A DNA stretch of 64,000 bases from positions 41,080-105,079 of the forward strand of contig PKUH01000110.1 of the NCBI GenBank assembly GCA_002869615.1. Reading direction: 5' to 3'. A program made the translations under genes and the position numbers. Source of the DNA: Desulfuromonas sp. (GTDB lineage: Bacteria; Desulfobacterota; Desulfuromonadia; Desulfuromonadales; UBA2294). This document shows, one piece after another, positions 1 through 9,603 of this stretch; within the stretch, counting starts at the first letter, position 1; each line of letters begins with the position of its first letter. The notes under the pieces are model-generated. The model was not told where the DNA came from and ran no database searches. It saw nothing but the letters and a program-made list of their open reading frames with translations.

Positions 1-1
1 T

Positions 2-436
2 CTTCACTTCAAGGATCCAAAGGCCGATCTTTACCTGATAAAGGAGATGCAGTGCGATAGCCTTGAGCGCCGCAAAAACGCCGCACTGCTCGGCCGTAAC
101 AGCAGCAATCCGGCCGTCCACCAGGAGCTGATCAATATTCTGATCGAAGGTCGTGACGACCCTGAATATGAGTTGCGGGCCATCGCCCTGAAGAGCCTCG
201 CCGATATTGCCGACCCGAACTTTCTGCCGTCGCTGAAGCAGGCCCTTGCCACCCGCAACCTCTTCCGGCCCGGTATGCATAGGGAATTCAAGGCCAACAT
301 CCTCCGTTCGCTGATCAAGTATCCGACCGAGGAAGCACGCGCCTTTTTGCACGAATATGCCGAGCAGCCGAAAAGCGACCTGGCCGGGCCGGCGCGCCAG
401 GTTCTGCAGCGCCTGCCAAAAGGAGCGTCGGCATGA
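2..436 (+). CDS. HEAT-repeat protein, C-terminal part (5' end lies outside the window)
   Basis: The frame is open from nt 2 with no stop before listed ORF 47..436. It has repeated helical units (ELRAIALKSLADIADPNFLPSLKQAL) typical of HEAT/PBS-lyase repeats. Its stop overlaps the next start (ATGA at 433-436). Confidence 0.6.
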   Translation, partial: LHFKDPKADLYLIKEMQCDSLERRKNAALLGRNSSNPAVHQELINILIEGRDDPEYELRAIALKSLADIADPNFLPSLKQALATRNLFRPGMHREFKANILRSLIKYPTEEARAFLHEYAEQPKSDLAGPARQVLQRLPKGASA

Positions 437-1593
437 GTGATCATCGACAGCAGGCCCTGCTCGATTTTATCCGACACCTTGCTTCGGCGGTGACGACAGC
501 TTCTATCTACCCGCTCGAGCATAAACAGGTCGGGAGCCTCTGCGCCCAGGCTCTCGACAGCATCCTTACGGCGATCGACAAGGATTCCGAGATTTCGCTC
601 AAACGGGTCGACGACCAGATGATTCTCGGCGGCAAACCGCTTGGCGGCGGGATGTATCCGATCCGGCTGGCCAGCATGCTCAAACACCGCGGTATCGGTC
701 ATCTCAAGATTTCCCGCTTTGTCGAGCAACAGGAGATTCTCAACCTGATTGCCGCCCTCTCCCGCAAGGACAAAAGCGAAATCCACTCAACCGAAAATGT
801 CCGACTCGGCAAACTCGAACTGCGCTACAACCCGTCCGAGGGTGCTGAAGCCGAATCGACCGGTAATGAAGGAGAAGCCGTTAAACCCGACTACGCCGAT
901 CTCTCCGAGGAGCAGCTGGATCGGTTGATGGAAATCTATGAAGCGACCAAGAAACAGAAGAAGCTTCACTCCGTCGGAATTTCCGAAATCGTCTCTTCGT
1001 TCATCGCTTCGTTCACCCGGGAGTCGAACCCACTACTGGCCCTCGCCCCGTTACGCCAGATGGACGAATATACCTTCACCCACTCGATCAACGTCTGCGT
1101 CCTCAACCTGGCCCAGGCCTCGGCCCTCGGCATCGAAGGCGCCCTGCTGCACGATATCGGGATTGCGGCGCTATTGCATGACGTCGGTAAAATCCAGGTT
1201 CCCACCGAGATTCTCAACAAGAAAGAGAAACTCACCGATGACGACTGGAAAATCATCAAGAACCACCCGATTGAGGGAGCCAAGTTCCTGATTAATGCGC
1301 CAGGTGTCCCGCGCCTGGCGGTGGTCACTGCCTACGAACATCACTTTCGATTCGACGCCAGCGGCTATCCGACCCGGATCGGTAAACGTGAGCAGAATAT
1401 CAGCAGCCACATGACAGCCCTCTCCGATATGTTTGATGCCATGTTGACGCATCGACCTTACTCGGCGGCCAGTGAACTCTCCGAGGTCGCAACGACGATG
1501 AAATACATGGGAGGGACCCAGCTCCACCCCCTGCTCACCGAGAACTTCATGAAAATAATAAAGAAGTACTATCCTGATCTCGATATCGCCTGA
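433..1593 (+). CDS. HD-GYP domain protein (c-di-GMP phosphodiesterase family)
   Basis: Carries the motifs HSINV, LLHDIG, LLHDVGK and HHFRFDASGYP (HD plus GYP). Translationally coupled to the upstream HEAT gene. Confidence 0.8.
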   Translation: MSDHRQQALLDFIRHLASAVTTASIYPLEHKQVGSLCAQALDSILTAIDKDSEISLKRVDDQMILGGKPLGGGMYPIRLASMLKHRGIGHLKISRFVEQQEILNLIAALSRKDKSEIHSTENVRLGKLELRYNPSEGAEAESTGNEGEAVKPDYADLSEEQLDRLMEIYEATKKQKKLHSVGISEIVSSFIASFTRESNPLLALAPLRQMDEYTFTHSINVCVLNLAQASALGIEGALLHDIGIAALLHDVGKIQVPTEILNKKEKLTDDDWKIIKNHPIEGAKFLINAPGVPRLAVVTAYEHHFRFDASGYPTRIGKREQNISSHMTALSDMFDAMLTHRPYSAASELSEVATTMKYMGGTQLHPLLTENFMKIIKKYYPDLDIA

Positions 1594-1671
1594 ACGAGAT
1601 ATCACCTTTGACAGCGGCCGCCGACCCCCCTATACTCTCTGAGTACATTTGTTACACAGGGAGCACTTTCA

Positions 1672-4494
1672 ATGATCGAACCGGCACAACTGGGCAGTCA
1701 GGTTGAAAAAATCACGCGCTTCGGCAAGGAGAACCTTGACGACATCCTGCATTTGCTCGGCGAAACGATCCTCCGTATCACCCGGCAAAACCGTTGCCGT
1801 ATCTACCTTGAAGACCTCACCCTTGGCCGTCTGACCTGTGAAGCCGCCGCCGGCCGCTACCCTGACGATTTATATGACCATTCATTCCCGCTCAACTCGG
1901 AAAACTTCCTTGTTTCCCGGGCCTACCTTACCCAGGAAGAGGGGATGATCGCTGATACGCGACAACTTGAAAACGAAACAGCCCGCAAGCTGGCCAGAAG
2001 GTTTTCCGTCCGGGCCAGCTACCTGCTGCCGATCCGACACCTTGGCCGGCCGATCGGTGTCGCCTGTATCGACAGCAGCCGGGCCGGCAAGCTGCCGAAC
2101 GAAAAACAGCGGCAGAATCTCCACGATTTTATGGAGCAGGTCGTCGAAAGCATCGATCAGGCGAGAAAATACCGGCAGCAACTGGTCCTGGCGCGACGTG
2201 TCGATGAAGCCAAAAAGAAAGAAGCGGCCGGGCATATGGTCAAGGCAGCGGTTAGACTGATCGATAAACTGGCCCTCGCTTCGGTGCTGGTTCCGGCCCC
2301 AATGGAGAGCCTGCACGAAGGCGAAAGTCTGCAGATCCTGGCGACCTATTCCCAAGAGAAAGAGGCCAGGAAGCTTTACGAGGAGGATCGCCTGATCAAT
2401 CTCGGCCCCGGGCGTTCACTCCTGTCCCGCTTCATCAACAAGGCAGGGGTCATCATCGATGAGCGGATGCTCGAGCCACTCCTGATCCCTGAATTGTCAG
2501 CCGAACCGCTGCAGAAACAGTATCTGACCAAAGAACTTGGATTGAAATCATTGTATGTCGTTCCATTCTACGAAGAGCATTCAAGGCGCGTCACCTGCCT
2601 GGTCAACTATTACACCCGGGAAACCTACCACTTCAGCGAATTCGAAAAAGGGCTGCTCGAGGCCCACGCCGAAATGGCGCAACGGGTCATCCAGGAAATC
2701 GGTGTCGAGCATATGGAAATCCAGGTTCTTTCGGATATCAGCGACCTGCTCCAGGAACGCTTCACCGGATTACAGCCGTTTCTGACCCGGGTTCTTTCGA
2801 AAGCAACCGAACTGATTGGCGCCGACACCGGCAGCATTGCGGTGATCCGGGAGAGCGACGGCGAGCGCCAGTTGATGGTCGAGGACAGCGACGGAAACCT
2901 GCTTGGCGCAAAAAGCAAGGAGTGGCTGAAAAAGTATATTCCGCCGCTGAAACTCGGCGGCGAAGAGCTCCCTCCCGACCAGCGCAGCCTGTCGGGATAT
3001 GTCGCCCACATTCAACAAGCGATTATTATTAACGATACGGCTGAGGCAAAACAGGAAAACGGTTACTATCGCGAGATTACCGACTCCATCCGGAGTGAGA
3101 TCGCCGTTCCGGTGATCAGCGAGGGCGAAACAACGGCCGTGATCTGTCTCGACTCTTTACAGCGCCACTATTTCTCCGAGGAGCACAAGCGGATCCTGCT
3201 GATCATCAGCCGGATGATCGGCCGCTATCTGGCCGATCTTGAGCATATCGAGCAACTGACCTCGGAGGTCGGCCTGCTCCGCAGCGATGTTGGCTACCGT
3301 GACCCGAAAATTTCCTCTTACCGGCTGGGAAACATCATCGGCAACTCTGCCAAGGCGCTCAAAGTCGTCGATTTCATTACCCGAACGACGCCACCGCTGT
3401 TCAATCGGATCGCCAGCTGGCACGGCGCCAAGCTTGAAGAGGCGACGCTCGGGCTCCCGTCAATCCTGATTACCGGCGAAACCGGCAGCGGCAAGGAATT
3501 TGTTTTCAATAATATTTTCTCGCGGCTTAATGAAATGTATCAGGCCCGGTTCGGTCCCGACGACCAGCTGCCGCTCCAGAAATCGAATATCGCTGCCTAC
3601 AGCGGCGACCTGACATACTCGGAGCTCTTTGGCCATAAACGGGGTGCGTTTACCGGCGCTCATACCGATCGTCGCGGCATCCTCGAAGAAGCCCATGGCG
3701 GCGTCGTATTCCTGGACGAAATCGGTGACGCCGACCCGAAAACCCAGGTCCAGCTGCTGCGTTTTCTTGACAACGGCGGTTTTGTCAGACTCGGTGAGAA
3801 CAGCACCCGTTACGCCCGGGTACTACTGGTTGCCGCGACCAACAAGAACCTGCCACAACTGATCCGGAATGGCCAGTTCCGTGAAGACCTGTATCACCGA
3901 CTGTCGGAACTCTCCCTCAACGTCCCTTCGCTCAACCAGCGCCGCGAAGATATTCCCGACCTGGCCGTCCATTTCCTCGGGCGTCTCTACCAGATCTACC
4001 GATCTGACGAGGACCCGGCTGACGCTGTCCCGACCATTGAGAACAAGGCAGCAGAGCTGCTGGCCCGCCACCAGTACAGCGGCAATATCAGGGAACTGCG
4101 CAGCATCCTGCTGCGGGCCCTTTTTTCCCGGAGCGGTTCAGTGATTCGCGAGAACGATATCCGCGAAGCGATCGGAACCGAGGCCACGACAAACGCGGCA
4201 GACCCGGATCCGGTGCAGGAGCTGACCGAGGAGGCGGCCCGGGAACTCTATGCTTCGATCATCAACGACGGGAGAGACTTCTGGAGCGCGATTTACAAGC
4301 CATACACGGAAAACCGCATCAGTCGGGAAATGGTCAAGAAAGTGGTCGGCATGGCTCGCAGCGAGGGTGCCGGCAGCATGCCGAAAATAGCCGCCATGCT
4401 TAAAGCTTGCGACCCGAAAAGCAGCGACCCGGAGCAGAAGAAACTCTTCTACAAATTCAAAAACTTCCTCTACAAAACGATCCACATCAGCTGA
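1672..4494 (+). CDS. sigma-54-dependent transcriptional activator with long GAF-type N-terminal sensor region
   Basis: AAA+ core has Walker A GETGSGKE, the GAFTGA loop (KRGAFTGA), Walker B VFLDEIGD and RELRS. The N-terminal ~550 aa look like repeated GAF modules. The C-terminal Fis-type HTH is divergent. Confidence 0.8.
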   Translation: MIEPAQLGSQVEKITRFGKENLDDILHLLGETILRITRQNRCRIYLEDLTLGRLTCEAAAGRYPDDLYDHSFPLNSENFLVSRAYLTQEEGMIADTRQLENETARKLARRFSVRASYLLPIRHLGRPIGVACIDSSRAGKLPNEKQRQNLHDFMEQVVESIDQARKYRQQLVLARRVDEAKKKEAAGHMVKAAVRLIDKLALASVLVPAPMESLHEGESLQILATYSQEKEARKLYEEDRLINLGPGRSLLSRFINKAGVIIDERMLEPLLIPELSAEPLQKQYLTKELGLKSLYVVPFYEEHSRRVTCLVNYYTRETYHFSEFEKGLLEAHAEMAQRVIQEIGVEHMEIQVLSDISDLLQERFTGLQPFLTRVLSKATELIGADTGSIAVIRESDGERQLMVEDSDGNLLGAKSKEWLKKYIPPLKLGGEELPPDQRSLSGYVAHIQQAIIINDTAEAKQENGYYREITDSIRSEIAVPVISEGETTAVICLDSLQRHYFSEEHKRILLIISRMIGRYLADLEHIEQLTSEVGLLRSDVGYRDPKISSYRLGNIIGNSAKALKVVDFITRTTPPLFNRIASWHGAKLEEATLGLPSILITGETGSGKEFVFNNIFSRLNEMYQARFGPDDQLPLQKSNIAAYSGDLTYSELFGHKRGAFTGAHTDRRGILEEAHGGVVFLDEIGDADPKTQVQLLRFLDNGGFVRLGENSTRYARVLLVAATNKNLPQLIRNGQFREDLYHRLSELSLNVPSLNQRREDIPDLAVHFLGRLYQIYRSDEDPADAVPTIENKAAELLARHQYSGNIRELRSILLRALFSRSGSVIRENDIREAIGTEATTNAADPDPVQELTEEAARELYASIINDGRDFWSAIYKPYTENRISREMVKKVVGMARSEGAGSMPKIAAMLKACDPKSSDPEQKKLFYKFKNFLYKTIHIS

Positions 4495-5779
4495 CGGGTC
4501 TGGCAAATTGGCGGACAATCTGTTCGACCTGCGGGCGATCGCTTTGCCGCCAGGGGCCAACGACAACCAACCGAAGCTGGTCGGGATCAAGTGCCTGGGC
4601 AAGCGCGCTGGTTAAGGCATCGGTGGTCAGTTGCTCGAGGGCTGTACGGTCGGCTTCAATATCCCTGACAAACCCGACGAGCTCACCCCAGCCGTAGCGA
4701 ACGACCATTTCATCGGGATGGTCATTGCTGAAGTCGAGATCGTACCGATACCCCTGAACGATCCGGGCAAGCTCCTCTTCCGGAACCCGGGTACGGAAAA
4801 GATCCGACAACACGCCACAGACCTCACGGACGGCGGCAACAAGGTTGTCCGGCGTGACCATGAAATCGATGACCAGCGCCCCGGTCTCCCGGAGGCTGGT
4901 CAAATTGGCTTCGATGCTGTAGGTGAGGCCGAGGTTTTCACGCAACTGCATCATCAGGCGCGACGCGACGCCACCGGAAAGTATCCGTTGCAGAATCCGC
5001 AGGGCAAGCGCATGCCTGCTTTCGCGGCCGGGTATCGGCAGTGCCATCTGAACCGACAGCTGCGAGGCCGAATCCTTAACCCAGGAGGATCTCTCACCAC
5101 ATGAAGTTTCGATTTTTTGCTGTTGCGGCACCGCTTCACCCTGCCATTTCCCGAAACTTCTTTCGGCGGCCAGAAAGACCACTTCCGGCTCGACCCTGCC
5201 GGCGACGGCGATGACCGTATTGACTGGCGAGTAGAATCGTTGGTGATGTTGACGCAACATCTGCGCATCGACCGAAGCAATGGTTTCGACCGAACCAATC
5301 GTCGGTTGAGCCAGTGGCGTATCGGGCCAGATGAGTCGCGCCATCAGGGAATCGGGATTGATCAGTTCACCTTTTTCATTGAAATCTTCGCGGGCCTCCT
5401 CAAGTATGATTTTCCGTTCTGTCTCGATATCTCCGAATAGTGGCCGCTGCAGCATCGAAGCAAAAAGGGCCAATCCTTCCGCAACTTTTTCAGGATGAAA
5501 GCGGCTGAAGTAGCAGGTCGATTCGGCGTCGGTCATTGCGTTGGCCCCGCCGCCGAGTGCCTCAAAGGCCTTTTCCAGCTCGAGGCTGTTCGGATATTCG
5601 GCGGTGCCGCGAAACAGCATGTGCTCGAGAAAATGCGAAATCCCGGCCTGTTTTTCTGTCTCGTAGCGGCTGCCGACTCCGATGTAACAGGAGACTTCGC
5701 AGGCGTGCAGATGCGGCTGCGGGACGCAGACGATGCGCAGACCATTCTCGAGCGTTATCTTATATTGACGATTCATCAA
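4487..5779 (-). CDS. M16 (pitrilysin/insulinase) family zinc peptidase
   Basis: Inverted zinc motif HFLEH followed by MLFRGT. The 430 aa length is typical of single-chain M16B peptidases. Confidence 0.8.
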   Translation of the reverse strand: MMNRQYKITLENGLRIVCVPQPHLHACEVSCYIGVGSRYETEKQAGISHFLEHMLFRGTAEYPNSLELEKAFEALGGGANAMTDAESTCYFSRFHPEKVAEGLALFASMLQRPLFGDIETERKIILEEAREDFNEKGELINPDSLMARLIWPDTPLAQPTIGSVETIASVDAQMLRQHHQRFYSPVNTVIAVAGRVEPEVVFLAAERSFGKWQGEAVPQQQKIETSCGERSSWVKDSASQLSVQMALPIPGRESRHALALRILQRILSGGVASRLMMQLRENLGLTYSIEANLTSLRETGALVIDFMVTPDNLVAAVREVCGVLSDLFRTRVPEEELARIVQGYRYDLDFSNDHPDEMVVRYGWGELVGFVRDIEADRTALEQLTTDALTSALAQALDPDQLRLVVVGPWRQSDRPQVEQIVRQFARPVS

Positions 5780-5888
5780 ATTGATTTATCCGAAACGAGC
5801 AGACCGCCCGGAAGCGGTCGATCGATTTCATTATTTATCTCTTGGTTACGGCCCTATCAAAGGCAACAGAGCGAAGGGTGCTGCGCCA

Positions 5889-6860
5889 TCAGCCAAGCAA
5901 CCGGGCAGCCTCCTTGGCGTGATAGGTGATGATCAGATCGGCCCCGGCTCGCTTCATTCCGAGCAGTGTTTCGAGCATCACCCGGTCGCCATCGATCCAG
6001 TCCTTCTCGGCGGCTGCCTTGATCATCGAATATTCGCCGGAGACATTATAGGCAACCAGCGGCAGGTTGAAGCGCTCCTTGAGGTCGCGCAGGATATCGA
6101 GGTAGGCGAGCGCCGGCTTGACCATCAGGAAATCGGCGCACTCCTGAACATCGAGTTCGGCCTCGCGGAAAGCCTCGATCCGGTTGGCCGGATCCATCTG
6201 GTAGCTGCGTCGGTCACCGAACTGCGGCGTCGAATCGGCCGCATCACGGAACGGGCCATAGTAGGCACTGGCATATTTGACTGCATAACTCATCACCGGG
6301 ATGTGACTGAATCCATTGGCATCAAGGATTTCACGGATCGCAGCCACCCGGCCATCCATCATGTCCGAGGGGGCGACAATATCGGCGCCGGACCGGGCAT
6401 GGGAAAGGGCTTCTGCCGCCAATAAGCCAAGGGTCTCATCGTTGTCGACGTCGCCATCCTTGATGACGCCGCAATGCCCGTGGTCGGTATATTCACACAT
6501 GCAGACATCGGTGATGACAGTCAGTTCCGGAACCTCTTTTTTGATCGCCCGGATCGTTTCCTGGATGATGCCGTTGTCGCTGTAGGCGTCCTGGCCGACC
6601 GGATCCTTGTGCTCCGGAATACCGAAGAGGATGACCGCCGGGATACCGAGCTGATAAACCTCTCTGGCCTCGGCGACAATATGCTCGATCGATTGCTGGT
6701 AGATTCCCGGCATCGACGGGATTTCTTTTTTGATGTTTTTGCCAAAAGCGCTGAACATCGGATAGATCAGGTCATCCACCCGCAGGTGGGTCTCCCGGAC
6801 CATCCGGCGAAAATTGTGGTTGCGCCGCATCCGGCGGCCTCGATATTCGGGAAAAAACAT
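5889..6860 (-). CDS. hemB: porphobilinogen synthase (delta-aminolevulinate dehydratase)
   Basis: N-terminus [28 protein letters not shown], with SDMMDGRV and active-site Lys contexts ([19 protein letters not shown]). Confidence 0.93.
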   Translation of the reverse strand: MFFPEYRGRRMRRNHNFRRMVRETHLRVDDLIYPMFSAFGKNIKKEIPSMPGIYQQSIEHIVAEAREVYQLGIPAVILFGIPEHKDPVGQDAYSDNGIIQETIRAIKKEVPELTVITDVCMCEYTDHGHCGVIKDGDVDNDETLGLLAAEALSHARSGADIVAPSDMMDGRVAAIREILDANGFSHIPVMSYAVKYASAYYGPFRDAADSTPQFGDRRSYQMDPANRIEAFREAELDVQECADFLMVKPALAYLDILRDLKERFNLPLVAYNVSGEYSMIKAAAEKDWIDGDRVMLETLLGMKRAGADLIITYHAKEAARLLG

Positions 6861-6871
6861 GGTTATGCTCC

Positions 6872-7195
6872 TTACTCGGCCGGGTTGGCAACCGGCCTGT
6901 TAAAATAGTCTGTGATCGCTTCCAGCATGGCATCAAGAGTCGACTCTTCGGGCTCGACGACAACATCAAGACCAGCTTCATGTGCAGTTTTGGTGGTCAG
7001 GGGACCGATTGAAGCCACCGGAAAAGTTTGCACCCGGAGTTTGTTTTCAGTATCGAGCAAGGCCATCAGGTTGCTGACGGTTGACGACGCACTGAATGTC
7101 ATCAGGTCGAGACCGTCAGCCAGGACCGCCTCGAGCCTCGGCGCTGAACCGGGCGGCACAATACTGCGGTAGGCAATCGGGGCATCGACGATCCC
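6872..7195 (-). CDS. hemD: C-terminal piece of the uroporphyrinogen-III synthase (HemD) domain, in frame downstream of a TGA (possible pseudogene piece)
   Basis: Reads [25 protein letters not shown]...[11 protein letters not shown]...[14 protein letters not shown], i.e. the HemD C-terminal half. It is exactly in frame with 7196..8407 across TGA 7196-7198. Confidence 0.7.
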   Translation of the reverse strand, partial: GIVDAPIAYRSIVPPGSAPRLEAVLADGLDLMTFSASSTVSNLMALLDTENKLRVQTFPVASIGPLTTKTAHEAGLDVVVEPEESTLDAMLEAITDYFNRPVANPAE

Positions 7196-8407
7196 TCACG
7201 CTTCGGTCAACTGCTCCGGGATGACATCGCGGGCCCGTTCGGCTTTCGGGTAGAGAATCCTCTTGCCGGCGACCTGGTCGCGCAGCAGGGAAATAATCCC
7301 TTCGGCCCGGAAATCTCCCGGCATCATATCGGCTTTCAGCCCGAATTTTATCATGGACTCAGCTGTTTTCGGTCCGACGGCGACCAGCCTGACATGACAC
7401 AGTTGCCGGACATCTTTTCCGAGCGCGGCCAGACGATGCATAAAGGCATCAACGGCGTTGACTGAGGTCAGCACCAGGTAATCGGTTTCGGCCAATCGTT
7501 CAATCGCCGCATCAAGGTCGAAGTATGAATCGGGCGGTACGATCTCGATCATCGGACAAAGGACCGGTTCGGCCCCGAGTTCAAGCAGGCGCTGGCTGAA
7601 CTCCCCGGCCTGATTTGCGGCCCGGGTGACCAGGATTCTTTTTCCAAACAACGGCCGATTATCGAACCAGCGCAATGACTCGCGAAAGTTGACGACCTCA
7701 CCGACGAAGATCAGGGCCGGTGGCCTGAACTCCTCATGCCGGACCATCTCTGCGATATTAGCGAGCGTACCGCTCAGAGTCTGTTGCTGCGGAGTTGTCG
7801 CACAGCGGATAACCGCTACCGGCGTATCCGGATTGCGACCATGCGCGATCAGCTGTTCCGAGATGTTTTCCAGGTTGGTCAGCCCCATGTAAAAAACCAG
7901 GGTGCCGACGGCGGTCGCCAGTTTTTCCCAATCAAGGCTCGAGAGTTTCTTCGTCGGATCCTCGTGCCCGGTAATAAAACCGAGGCTGGTCGTACAGTCT
8001 CGATGGGTCAACGGAATACCGGCATACGCTGCGGCTGCAACGGCGGCAGTCACGCCCGGGACAACTTCAAAGGGAATACCTGCTTTGGCCAGCGCCATCG
8101 CCTCCTCGCCGACCCGACCGAAGATAAAAGGATCGCCCCCCTTGAGCCGGGCAATGGTCAGGCCGGCACTCGCCTTTTCGAGCAACAGCTGATTAATCTT
8201 TTCCTGCGGGTAATGGTGCAGGCCCTTGCGCTTGCCGACATAAATGTGTTCGGCGGCGGGTGCCTGTTCGAGAAAGAGTGGATTAGCCAGGTAATCATAG
8301 ATGATGACATCGGCCTGACGCAGACAGTCGAGCCCCTTGACGGTCATCAGCCCCGGATCTCCCGGCCCGGCCCCTATGAGGTAGACGTAGCCCTGTTGCT
8401 CGGTCAT
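7196..8407 (-). CDS. cobA: uroporphyrinogen-III C-methyltransferase fused to uroporphyrinogen-III synthase N-part; ends at an in-frame TGA
   Basis: SUMT motifs VYLIGAGPGDPGLMTVKG and RLKGGDPFIFGR, followed by the HemD start RILVTRAANQAGEF. The protein ends in the middle of the HemD domain. Confidence 0.88.
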   Translation of the reverse strand: MTEQQGYVYLIGAGPGDPGLMTVKGLDCLRQADVIIYDYLANPLFLEQAPAAEHIYVGKRKGLHHYPQEKINQLLLEKASAGLTIARLKGGDPFIFGRVGEEAMALAKAGIPFEVVPGVTAAVAAAAYAGIPLTHRDCTTSLGFITGHEDPTKKLSSLDWEKLATAVGTLVFYMGLTNLENISEQLIAHGRNPDTPVAVIRCATTPQQQTLSGTLANIAEMVRHEEFRPPALIFVGEVVNFRESLRWFDNRPLFGKRILVTRAANQAGEFSQRLLELGAEPVLCPMIEIVPPDSYFDLDAAIERLAETDYLVLTSVNAVDAFMHRLAALGKDVRQLCHVRLVAVGPKTAESMIKFGLKADMMPGDFRAEGIISLLRDQVAGKRILYPKAERARDVIPEQLTEA

Positions 8408-8481
8408 GCGTGGTTCCCTTGCCCGCCCGGGGCAAAAATGGCAGGATAGTTCTGCCCCTGTGAAACCTGTTCTCTGTCAAA

Positions 8482-8600
8482 GGTTGATCAAAAGCGCCCA
8501 GATGCCAGGCGCCCGCGGGCCGAGGAGTGAGGCGTAGCGCAAGCTACGTCGCAGCGACTCGGTCAAGGGCAACGCCGCAGATGGGTGTTTTTCATCAACC
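8482..8600. repeat. Family-2 palindromic intergenic element, copy 1
   Basis: Terminal inverted repeats GGTTGATCAAAAGCGCCCA / TGGGTGTTTTTCATCAACC. Internal CCAGATGC and CGCAGATG boxes. Central hairpin GCGTAGC-GCAA-GCTACGT. Ends 3 nt from the hemC stop. Confidence 0.7.
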
Positions 8601-8602
8601 GC

Positions 8603-9565
8603 CTAGACGTCTTCCTTTTCGACGTTAAACGTCTCGCTGTTGTACACCTCGTTGAGGATTTCGCCGGCCCCCTGAATCAACAGGTCATCGGCCAGAGAGA
8701 TCCCGAGTTTTTCAGATTCTTCAACAGATCCGGAAACCGTTTTCTTGAGACATCTGACGCCCTCGCAGTCGGAGACGAAACCGGTCAGGGTGAGCTCCGA
8801 TCCATCAACCGTACCGTGACAGGCGATCGGAACCTGGCAGCCACCTTCGAGGCGTCGCAGGAAAGCCCGTTCGCCACGTACCGCCCGGTCGGTTTCCGGG
8901 TGATTGAAAAAATCGATCAGGCTGTTGGTCTCATCATCATCGATACGGCTCTCGAGACCGAGGGCGCCCTGGCCAATCGCCGGAATCGACACATCGACCG
9001 GCAGATACTCGCTGATCTGGCTCGTGAAGCCGAGGCGCTTCATGCCGGCGGAAGCGAGAATCACCGCATCGAGGTTGTCCTCGGTCAGCTTGCGGATCCG
9101 GGTTTGAACGTTGCCACGGATATCAATCATCTGCAGGTCAGGGCGCAGATGCAGCAACTGGGCCTTGCGCCGCAGGGCCGAGGTGCCGATGCGGGCGCCC
9201 TGGGGCAGGTCTCTCCAGGTCGAAACGCCGGGGCGAAGGATAGTAATGTCACGGCAATCCTCACGCTCAGTGATGCAGCGCAAGGCCAGACCTTTCGGGA
9301 AGATGGTCGGGACATCCTTCATCGAGTGCACGGCGATGTCAGTCTCATTGCGCAGCATCGACTCCTGCAGCTCCTTGGTAAACAACCCCTTGCCGCCGAC
9401 CATCGCCAGCGGCACATCGAGAATCTTGTCGCCCTGGGTTTTGATCTTGGTCAGGGTGACTTCAAGATCGGGGTAACGCTTTTCGAGTTCGGACTTGACC
9501 CAATTGGCCTGCCAGAGGGCGAGGGCGCTGGCGCGAGTGCCGATACGTAAAACCTTTTTAGCCAT
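8603..9565 (-). CDS. hemC: hydroxymethylbilane synthase (porphobilinogen deaminase)
   Basis: LRIGTRASALALWQANWV, HSMKDVP, and GTSALRR-type motifs. Confidence 0.93.
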   Translation of the reverse strand: MAKKVLRIGTRASALALWQANWVKSELEKRYPDLEVTLTKIKTQGDKILDVPLAMVGGKGLFTKELQESMLRNETDIAVHSMKDVPTIFPKGLALRCITEREDCRDITILRPGVSTWRDLPQGARIGTSALRRKAQLLHLRPDLQMIDIRGNVQTRIRKLTEDNLDAVILASAGMKRLGFTSQISEYLPVDVSIPAIGQGALGLESRIDDDETNSLIDFFNHPETDRAVRGERAFLRRLEGGCQVPIACHGTVDGSELTLTGFVSDCEGVRCLKKTVSGSVEESEKLGISLADDLLIQGAGEILNEVYNSETFNVEKEDV

Positions 9566-9603
9566 TCTGATTCACCTGTTCCTTATATAGTCAATTACGT
9601 TAA

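Noticed and set aside
1016-1031. tRNA-like T-arm string GGGAGTCGAACCCAC.
   Set aside because: It lies inside the HD-GYP coding frame, with no acceptor or anticodon arms around it. No tRNA could be folded anywhere in the window.
5870-5892. Possible sigma-54 promoter (TGGCGCAGCACCCTTCGC on the minus strand) for the M16 peptidase gene, near the sigma-54 activator.
   Set aside because: The GG-N10-GC spacing is wrong: TT occupies the -12 GC position. The string also overlaps the hemB stop codon.
7150-7198. Selenocysteine decoding of the in-frame TGA in cobA-hemD.
   Set aside because: Only a short bulged hairpin with a 3-nt loop follows the UGA, not a convincing bacterial SECIS. HemD is not a known selenoprotein. 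I keep it only as a remote alternative in the finding.
8585-9550. 321-aa plus-strand ORF, plus similar long ORFs at 34567-35307 (-), 36220-37428 (+), 40742-42070 (+), 43321-44427 (+), 30017-30754 (-), 22056-22994 (+), 15573-16319 (+), 42229-42912 (+) and 48316-49011 (-).
   Set aside because: Each lies antisense to a gene with unmistakable family motifs (hemC, response regulator, glcF, dctP, CoA-transferase, degP, RND pump, HAD hydrolase, SDR, lutBA). Their Arg/Gly/Pro/Asp-rich, motif-free compositions are what antisense frames of GC-rich genes produce.
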